Shown in pieces: positions 1 through 6,754 of a stretch of DNA of 18,105 bases. Where the stretch lies: the NCBI GenBank assembly GCA_043813605.1, contig JBDRKX010000038.1, forward strand, positions 1 through 18,105, written 5' to 3'. The position numbers and the translations under genes are program-made. The stretch is from Elusimicrobiota bacterium. GTDB lineage: Bacteria > CG03 > SLGR01 > JBDRKX01. How positions within the stretch are numbered: the first letter of the stretch is position 1; the number at the start of each line of letters is the position of its first letter. Under the pieces are notes generated by a model that was not told where the DNA came from, searched no databases, and was given only the letters and a program-made list of their open reading frames with translations.

Positions 1-1
1 G

Positions 2-382
2 ATGAATGAAGATAAACTGCTTGAGTGGGAAATGGTACACGGTTATTATTACGGAACTCCCAGGGATTTTATTGAAGAGAATCTCAACGAAGGGAAATAT
101 ATTATGCTTGATATCGATGTAAAAGGAGGAATGCAGATAAAGGAGCAATATCCGGAATCTGTTACGATATTTATTAAGCCGCCGTCAATGGAAGAACTTG
201 AAAGAAGAATAACAGACAGGAAACAGGACTCTGAATCCGAGATCAGAAAGAGACTTAACAATTCAAAAAAGGAAATGGAAAAAGCACATGATTTTGATTA
301 TGTTATAGTTAATAATAGACTGGAAAATGCGCTGGAAGAGTTAAAATGTATAATTATGGAAAAACAAAGAGTTAATTCATAA
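2..382 (+). CDS. gmk: Guanylate kinase (5'-truncated by window edge)
   Basis: Motifs LEW-x-x-VHGYYYGTP, LDIDVKG, IFIKPPSMEELERR and FDYVIVN; the N-terminal P-loop lies outside the window. Confidence 0.95.
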   Translation: MNEDKLLEWEMVHGYYYGTPRDFIEENLNEGKYIMLDIDVKGGMQIKEQYPESVTIFIKPPSMEELERRITDRKQDSESEIRKRLNNSKKEMEKAHDFDYVIVNNRLENALEELKCIIMEKQRVNS

Positions 383-389
383 AGGGAGG
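383..389 (+). promoter_or_regulatory. Shine-Dalgarno site for the 394..705 gene
   Basis: AGGGAGG ending 4 nt before the GTG at 394. Confidence 0.7.
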
Positions 390-393
390 CATC

Positions 394-705
394 GTGAAAG
401 AGAGTACTAAAGAAAAACTGTATGATAATGTAGAAGATGTCTGGGGATTTGTTAAGAAAGCAAGTGCGATGTATAAAGAAGCTTTCAGAAAAACTTCTAA
501 GATCGGTCAAGCGCCGAAAATAGACGATATAATAGAACTTGCAATTCTCGCCGAAGATTTTGAAATTCCCGAAATAGACGAAGAAACCTCAAAAGCGGAA
601 GAAGCTGAGGCGGCGGAAGCTAAGGTGAAGGCTGCAAAGGCAAAGGTTGCTAAGCTGAAGGTTATCAAGGCGAAGCCCGCTAAGGCGGCGGTAGCTACTA
701 AGTAG
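394..705 (+). CDS. Small hypothetical protein in the rpoZ position; possibly a divergent RNA polymerase omega subunit with an acidic linker and Lys/Ala-rich tail
   Basis: Strong SD and GTG start; lies between gmk and coaC/coaB, where rpoZ normally sits. The N-terminus (EKLYDNVEDVWGFVKKAS...IIELAI) only loosely resembles omega. Confidence 0.55.
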   Translation: MKESTKEKLYDNVEDVWGFVKKASAMYKEAFRKTSKIGQAPKIDDIIELAILAEDFEIPEIDEETSKAEEAEAAEAKVKAAKAKVAKLKVIKAKPAKAAVATK

Positions 706-753
706 ATAAAAGTAACGGCGACCGGCCGTTACAGGAAAAACAGATAGATAAAA
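703..753. repeat. 9-bp direct repeat TAGATAAAA (703-711 and 745-753) flanking an 8-bp-stem hairpin (712-732)
   Basis: Read directly: GTAACGGC (712-719) pairs with GCCGTTAC (725-732), loop GACCG. Confidence 0.8.
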
Positions 754-1307
754 TGGCAAATATAATAATCGGTATCTCGGGAGGAATAGCCGCGTACAAA
801 TCAGCCTACCTGGCATCAGGTATGGTCCGCAGGGGATTTGATGTCAGGGCCGTTATGACTGACGGAGCGTGCCGGTTCATAACTCCGCTTACGTTCAAAG
901 GGCTTACCGGCAACAGGGTATACACATCTCTTTGGGATGAGGCTGCGGACAAAGATCACACGGCGCTTTCAGAATGGGCGGATACCATGATCGTCGCACC
1001 TGCGACAGCTAATGAAATAGCAAAATTCGCGAATGGAATTGCCGACAATCTTCTGAGTACGCTTATACTGGATTTTACCGGCCCGGTGTTCCTCTGCCCC
1101 GCAATGCATGAGAACATGTGGAACAATCCCGCAAACAGGAAGAACATTGAATTCTTAAAAGAGAACCGTTATTACATTATAGGTCCGGAGAAAGGGAATC
1201 TTGCAGGTGGGAAAACGGGTGAAGGGAGAATGACCGAACCGGAAACTATAATCAGCACGATCGAAACCATCCTCAATAAAGAATATCCCGCTATAATTAA
1301 ACAATAA
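753..1307 (+). CDS. coaC: Phosphopantothenoylcysteine decarboxylase (HFCD flavoprotein; N-terminal half of CoaBC)
   Basis: Motifs GISGGIAAYKS, FITPLTF, DH-x-x-LSEWAD, APATANEIAKFANGIADNLL, PAMHENMW and G-x-GRM-x-EP. Confidence 0.92.
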   Translation: MANIIIGISGGIAAYKSAYLASGMVRRGFDVRAVMTDGACRFITPLTFKGLTGNRVYTSLWDEAADKDHTALSEWADTMIVAPATANEIAKFANGIADNLLSTLILDFTGPVFLCPAMHENMWNNPANRKNIEFLKENRYYIIGPEKGNLAGGKTGEGRMTEPETIISTIETILNKEYPAIIKQ

Positions 1308-1311
1308 GGCC

Positions 1312-1947
1312 ATGAGGCTGGATGGTGTAAAAATACTTATCACAGCTGGCCCTACAAAAGAAAAATGGGACACTGTCAGGTATCTTACAAACCGTTCGTC
1401 AGGCAGGACCGGCTTGTCGATCGCAAAGAAAGCCTGCGAAAAAGGCGCCCTGGTAACTGTTGTTTCATGCATGGAAGAACATGATGTCCCGGGTGTGAAA
1501 CATGTACATGCGGAAAGTGCTGCTGATATGTATACGGCAGTCAGGGATATCATAAAGGACTTCAGGATATTCATCAGTGCTGCTGCAGTCTGTGATTTTA
1601 AACCGGTAGCGGTTAACGGAAAAATTAAAAAAAGATCCGGTGTTCCTGTGATCAAACTTGAGAGGACAGTTGATATACTCGAATGGGCAGGCAGGGAGAC
1701 AGAAGGGAAGGTCATCGTGGGATTCTCACTTTCTGACAGTATCGATATCGAAAACGGACAAAAAAAGATGAAAGATAAGAACTGTTCAATCATGGTTGTT
1801 AACGATACCTCCAATATGGGCAGCAGCCAAAGAAAGACGTTTGTCCTTATAAGCGGTACGGACAGGGAAGAATATAATGATCTGAGCCTTGATGAGACTG
1901 CGGAGGTGATACTGAAAAAATGCGAAGTGCTATTGGAAAAGAGTTAA
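1312..1947 (+). CDS. coaB: Phosphopantothenate-cysteine ligase (C-terminal half of CoaBC)
   Basis: Motifs ILITAGPTKE-x-x-DTVRYLTNRSSG, SAAAVCDF, KIKK, VGF and VVND. Confidence 0.9.
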   Translation: MRLDGVKILITAGPTKEKWDTVRYLTNRSSGRTGLSIAKKACEKGALVTVVSCMEEHDVPGVKHVHAESAADMYTAVRDIIKDFRIFISAAAVCDFKPVAVNGKIKKRSGVPVIKLERTVDILEWAGRETEGKVIVGFSLSDSIDIENGQKKMKDKNCSIMVVNDTSNMGSSQRKTFVLISGTDREEYNDLSLDETAEVILKKCEVLLEKS

Positions 1948-2633
1948 ATAAATATCTGTCGTTACGGAGAGATACGGGAGAAACCGGGTTCTGGGCGGAT
2001 GAAAAAAAAGCCGCTAAAGGCTCTTCGGATCGTACAGTATCCCTTGAAGGCGAATTTTCTGATCTTGAAAGACAGGTAAAAAACTGCCGCAGATGCCGGC
2101 TGGGTGAATATAGGCTTAACGCCTGTTTCGGAAACGGGAACCGTTCATCGCGGATCATGTTTGTGGGTGAAGGCCCGGGATTTGAAGAAGATCATAGGGG
2201 TGAAGTATTTGTAGGGCGTGCCGGTAAACTCCTCGACAAGTTCATACAGGATAAACTGGGCCTTTCGCGTTCCGACGTGTTCATTACAAACATAGTAAAA
2301 TGCCATCCCATGAAAGACCCCTCAAACCCGGATAAAAGGGGTAATGACCGGCCGCCTTCGAAAGACGAAGTAGAGAGCTGTATCGGATTTCTCGTCCGGC
2401 AGGTGGAACTCGTAAAACCTTCACTGGTGGTTACGCTGGGTTCGCCTGCATCAAAAACTATACTGAAAACCGAACAGGGGATATCAAGGCTCAGGGGAAG
2501 GTCATACGATATAATGTTCGGGGGAACCGGTATTAAAGTAGTACCTGCTTATCATCCGGCATATCTTTTGAGGAATGCTTCCAAAATTGGGGAAATGGCG
2601 GAAGATTTCAGTATGATAAAATCGATGCTGTGA
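1920..2633 (+). CDS. Uracil-DNA glycosylase family 4 (4Fe-4S type)
   Basis: Motifs C-x2-C-x-L, GEGPG-x-EED, FVGRAGKLL, ITNIVKCHP, RPP and YHPAYLLRN; GGAGGTG at 1902-1908 upstream. Confidence 0.92.
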   Translation: MRSAIGKELNKYLSLRRDTGETGFWADEKKAAKGSSDRTVSLEGEFSDLERQVKNCRRCRLGEYRLNACFGNGNRSSRIMFVGEGPGFEEDHRGEVFVGRAGKLLDKFIQDKLGLSRSDVFITNIVKCHPMKDPSNPDKRGNDRPPSKDEVESCIGFLVRQVELVKPSLVVTLGSPASKTILKTEQGISRLRGRSYDIMFGGTGIKVVPAYHPAYLLRNASKIGEMAEDFSMIKSML

Positions 2634-4606
2634 ATTATTACAGTGTAGCGCTTTCAATACCGGTACTTAAACTGTTTTATTATTCATGCGATGATGAACT
2701 GGAAACAGGCTGCAGGGTAAAAGTACTTTTCGGCCGGTCTTCCAGGATGGGGTATATAATTCAGAGACTCGATGGAAAACCCGATGTGGGTTATCCTATA
2801 AAGCTGGTCAAAGAAATTGTTGACCGGCACAGTCTGATCTCACCGGAACTGATGACCCTGGCTTCGATGATGAGTGAATACTATATCACCGGGATAGGAG
2901 AGATACTTGCCTCCGTGCTGCCTGCAGCGCTCAGGCCTTTAAAGAGAGATACGCCGGCCGGCACCGGTTCCGCAGCGGGAGTGACTGAAAGCCCCTATGT
3001 GCTGATGAGTGAGCAGGAAAAAGCGCTCGAGCCCCTTATCAGAAAGATAAGGACTGGCGGTCATGATAAATTCATGCTCTACGGCGTAACAGACAGCGGC
3101 AAAACGGAAGTATACATACGCGTTATTTCGGAACTTGTGAGCCGCGGCAGACAGGCGGTGATGCTTGCTCCTGAGATAGCGATAACGTCCCAGTTAAAGG
3201 AGATGTTTGAAAAAAGGTTCGGTCCTGACAGGGTGGCCGTATGGCATAGCAGGATAACGCCCGGAAGGAAGATGGATTATATACGACGGATGCGTTCAGG
3301 CAGGCTTGATGTACTGATAGGCCCCCGGTCGGCTGTTTTTGCGCCTTTTAAAGATCTCGGTGCAATAATAATAGATGAAGAACAGGACCCTTCATACAAG
3401 AACAACAGTCTTCCGTACTATGACGCAAGATGGGTTGCTGAAAGAAGGTGCGAGATAGAAGATGCCGTGCTGATACGGGGGAGCGCGACACCTTCCGTGG
3501 AGACTCTCTACCGCGCTGAAAAAGGCGAGATGGTATATCTTCATATATCGGAAAGGATACACCAGGAGGATTCTCCGGAGATGGTCGTTGTCGATATGAA
3601 ACGGGAATATAAAAGGAGCCGGAAAGGCGCGATATTCTCAAAATACCTGCTTGATGAACTCGCAAATACGATAAATAAAAAAAGACAGAGCATAATATTT
3701 CTTAACAGGCGGGGTTATGCTCCTGCCGTACTGTGCAGTAAATGCGGTGATAGCATAAAATGTCCCGAATGCAACAGTATACTTGTGTATCATGCAGACC
3801 CCGGCAGGCTGGTCTGCCATATATGTGACCGTAAGACCGCTGTGCCGGCTGACTGTCCTTCGTGCGGCGGGGTGATTTTCAGGTACCTGGGCGCGGGTAC
3901 GGAAAGGGTGGAGAATGCCTTGAAAGAAATTTTTCCCGATGCGCGTATTATCCGTATGGACATGGATTCGACATCAGGAAAAGGGTATGTGGAAAAGGTT
4001 TTCAGGGAGTTCAAGCAAGGCGGGTATGACATACTTGTCGGGACACAACTTATTGCGAAAGGATGGGATTTTTTGAACGTGGATCTTGTGGGGGTTATAA
4101 ACAGTGACATCGGTTTGATGGTACCGGATTTCAGGGCGGCTGAAAAGATATATGCGCTCCTCCGACAGGTGGAAGGCAGGACAGGGAGGGGCATAAACCG
4201 GGGTAAAGTCATAGTGCAGACATCAAATCCCGGACATTATGCCATAGAGATGCTGTCAAAAAAGGATTACCGTAAATTCTATAATAAGGAAATAGAGATC
4301 CGCAGGGATACCGGTTTTCCGCCTTTTTCGAGACTTATTAAGATCGTCAGCTCTCACAAATACGAGAAGACAGCAAAGAGTATTATTTACAGGATCTCAG
4401 ATTTTATTGCTGCTGAATGCAGAGATGTTCAGCTGCTCGGTCCGGCGCCTGCGCCTGTACTTAAGACAAGGGGATTGTGCCGGTGGCAGCTCCTCTTAAG
4501 ACATCCTGAAGACAGTGACATCAAGGAAAAACTGACGGCACTACTTGAAGGAAATAAAATATCGGGTAAAATAAGGATTGATGTGGATCCGCAGGAAATG
4601 ATATGA
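2630..4606 (+). CDS. priA: Primosomal protein N' (replication restart helicase)
   Basis: N-terminal 3'-DNA-binding domain (G-x-RV-x-V-x-FG), GVTDSGKTEVY, DEEQD, SATPS, LNRRGYAP, four CxxC pairs, GTQLIAKG-x-DF, FPPF and C-terminal IDVDP. GTG start overlaps the upstream TGA. Confidence 0.96.
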   Translation: MNYYSVALSIPVLKLFYYSCDDELETGCRVKVLFGRSSRMGYIIQRLDGKPDVGYPIKLVKEIVDRHSLISPELMTLASMMSEYYITGIGEILASVLPAALRPLKRDTPAGTGSAAGVTESPYVLMSEQEKALEPLIRKIRTGGHDKFMLYGVTDSGKTEVYIRVISELVSRGRQAVMLAPEIAITSQLKEMFEKRFGPDRVAVWHSRITPGRKMDYIRRMRSGRLDVLIGPRSAVFAPFKDLGAIIIDEEQDPSYKNNSLPYYDARWVAERRCEIEDAVLIRGSATPSVETLYRAEKGEMVYLHISERIHQEDSPEMVVVDMKREYKRSRKGAIFSKYLLDELANTINKKRQSIIFLNRRGYAPAVLCSKCGDSIKCPECNSILVYHADPGRLVCHICDRKTAVPADCPSCGGVIFRYLGAGTERVENALKEIFPDARIIRMDMDSTSGKGYVEKVFREFKQGGYDILVGTQLIAKGWDFLNVDLVGVINSDIGLMVPDFRAAEKIYALLRQVEGRTGRGINRGKVIVQTSNPGHYAIEMLSKKDYRKFYNKEIEIRRDTGFPPFSRLIKIVSSHKYEKTAKSIIYRISDFIAAECRDVQLLGPAPAPVLKTRGLCRWQLLLRHPEDSDIKEKLTALLEGNKISGKIRIDVDPQEMI

Positions 4607-5103
4607 AGATAGTTTATTATCCTGATTCCAGTTTAAGAAAAAAAACAGTGAAGATCACTGATGAGGATATTGACAGTCTGTACCAGGAACTTATTACGGG
4701 GATGATAAATTATGACGGCATAGGCCTGGCAGGCCCGCAGATAGGTATAAACAAGAGTGCTGCCGTTATCTCTAATAACGCGGATAATTCCCTTGTAAGG
4801 CCGCTGTTACTTGTAAATCCCGAAATACTGGAGTCATCGGGGGAACAGACTATGGAAGAAGGATGTCTCAGTGTGATAGGCGTGAACGCGGACATCACTA
4901 GGTCTTACAGGATCAAGGTGGAACACGGTAAAGACGGGGAAAGGAAACAGCTGGAGGCTGAAGGACTACTGGCTGTTATTATCCAGCATGAAGTAGATCA
5001 TCTTAACGGTATACTGTTCCCGGATCATCTGAAATTCTTTAAAAGATTATGGTGTTTTTTCAAGGCAAGGCTGAACAAGTTTAAAAAAAGGAAGTCTCTT
5101 TGA
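4603..5103 (+). CDS. def: Peptide deformylase
   Basis: All three PDF motifs: GIGLAGPQIG, EGCLSV and QHEVDHLNG. Confidence 0.97.
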   Translation: MKIVYYPDSSLRKKTVKITDEDIDSLYQELITGMINYDGIGLAGPQIGINKSAAVISNNADNSLVRPLLLVNPEILESSGEQTMEEGCLSVIGVNADITRSYRIKVEHGKDGERKQLEAEGLLAVIIQHEVDHLNGILFPDHLKFFKRLWCFFKARLNKFKKRKSL

Positions 5104-6068
5104 ATACGGAAAATAAACTAAAAGCAGTGTTTGTTTCCGGTACTGATACGGGCTGTAAGTTTATCAGTGAGATAGAAAAACTGGATTTCCTGGATATGGT
5201 ACTGGTTGTTACCGGCCCGGACAGGCAGTGTGGAAGAGGCAGGAAGATCAAACAGGCGCCTGTTGCGGAATACTGCGGACTGAAAGAACAGGCTGTATTC
5301 CAGCCTGAGGACATAAATTCCGGATCATCTGTAACAAGGCTCACTGAGTCGGGTGCGGACATCGCCGTAGTCGTGGATTACGGACAGATACTTGCAGGGG
5401 AAGTGCTTGGCATATTCGGGCGGGGCGCTTATAATCTCCATTATTCCATACTCCCGGATCTGAGGGGGCCCGAACCGGTAAGATGGGCTCTTTTGAAAGG
5501 TTACAGGGAGACCGGCGTAACACTTATGAAAATGGATGAGCGCATAGATACCGGCAGTATGATATCAAAAAGTCTGATAACAATTGAAGAAACGGATGAT
5601 TACGGGATACTTAAAGATAAACTCACAGGCGAGGCTGTAAAAATGCTCACAGGATTTTTAGAATCGTTACATAGCGGTATGAAAACAGCTGCCATATCCC
5701 AAAAACCTTTGGAAAATATGTCTTATGCGGGAAAACTCGATCCCGCAATATATCATGCCGACTGGTCACTGCCGGCGGAGGAACTGTTTAACAGGATAAG
5801 GGCATTGAGCCCGGCTCCGGCATGCCGTTCTTCCATAAGCGACAGGATGATAAAGATAATGTCAGCCGGATTGTGTGTCGAAGTCGAAGGTACACCGGGA
5901 ACGGTGACTGAGGTAAGCAGGAACAGTTTTACGGTCGCCTGTGCCCACGGCGGTATCAGTATACTCCGGTTACAGCCGGAAGGGAAGAGGGTAATGGAAA
6001 CTGCTGAGTTTCTTCTCGGTAATCCGCTGGAACCCGGACAGAAAATGAGGGAGACCGGAAAGATATGA
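5100..6068 (+). CDS. fmt: Methionyl-tRNA formyltransferase
   Basis: Motifs VVTGPDR-x-x-GRG, VVVDYGQIL, NLHYSILP-x-LRGPEP, ETGVTLMKMD-x-x-IDTG and LQPEGKRVM; directly after def, TTG start overlapping the def TGA. Confidence 0.93.
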   Translation: MNTENKLKAVFVSGTDTGCKFISEIEKLDFLDMVLVVTGPDRQCGRGRKIKQAPVAEYCGLKEQAVFQPEDINSGSSVTRLTESGADIAVVVDYGQILAGEVLGIFGRGAYNLHYSILPDLRGPEPVRWALLKGYRETGVTLMKMDERIDTGSMISKSLITIEETDDYGILKDKLTGEAVKMLTGFLESLHSGMKTAAISQKPLENMSYAGKLDPAIYHADWSLPAEELFNRIRALSPAPACRSSISDRMIKIMSAGLCVEVEGTPGTVTEVSRNSFTVACAHGGISILRLQPEGKRVMETAEFLLGNPLEPGQKMRETGKI

Positions 6069-6754
6069 AAAAAGTAAGGAATAATATGCTGGCGGTTTCG
6101 GCATTTTTACTGATAACCGGCATGTGTGGTCTGCTCCTGTTAGAGAGTATCCCGGCATCTGTTACAGGGATTATTCTTCTGGTATTGGGACTTCTCGGCA
6201 TATCAATCGTTACGGGATCATACAGGTATTTTCCCTTACCGGGTGCGTTGAAAAGGACGCTTCTTTTCAGCCTGATGCTCAGGATATCGCTCTTGTCAGG
6301 GCGGATCTTCGGGATAGATCCTGAAACCGTTATGCAGTATTTTATAGATTATAACAACAGGATGGAGAAAGGGCGGACAGGGAGCGTCCTTCTGCTTCTG
6401 CCCAACTGTATACAGAATTCCGAATGCAATAAAGACCTCCTGTCTGATATATCGAATTGCGCCGCATGCGGAAGATGCCAGGTCGGGGAAATACTTGAAC
6501 TTATAGGTTCAAAAGATATCAAAGTCATACTTGTCGGCGGCGGAAGGCTTGCTATGCAGAAAGTAAAGGAAACCGCTGCCGGTATTGTCATAGCAGTTGC
6601 CTGCGAAACCGAACTTGTAGACGGCATAAGGGCGGTCGTTAACAGCCCCGTATGGGCAGTGAACAATCTTAGACCTGAAGGGCCGTGCAGGAACACAAAG
6701 GTTAATATAGAAGAATTGAAGTCATATATAGGAAAATGTCCCGTTTGCCGTTGA
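6065..6754 (+). CDS. DUF116-like membrane-anchored, Cys-rich protein
   Basis: Two N-terminal hydrophobic helices, then LLLPNCIQ-x3-C, C-x2-CG-x-C, GG-x-LA, AVACE-x-EL-x-x-G and N-x-RPEGPC-x-NT; position after fmt matches DUF116. Confidence 0.82.
   Translation: MKKVRNNMLAVSAFLLITGMCGLLLLESIPASVTGIILLVLGLLGISIVTGSYRYFPLPGALKRTLLFSLMLRISLLSGRIFGIDPETVMQYFIDYNNRMEKGRTGSVLLLLPNCIQNSECNKDLLSDISNCAACGRCQVGEILELIGSKDIKVILVGGGRLAMQKVKETAAGIVIAVACETELVDGIRAVVNSPVWAVNNLRPEGPCRNTKVNIEELKSYIGKCPVCR

Noticed and set aside
1155..1814. 219-aa antisense ORF over coaC/coaB
   Set aside because: Ser/Phe/Thr-rich composition typical of antisense reading; no motifs.
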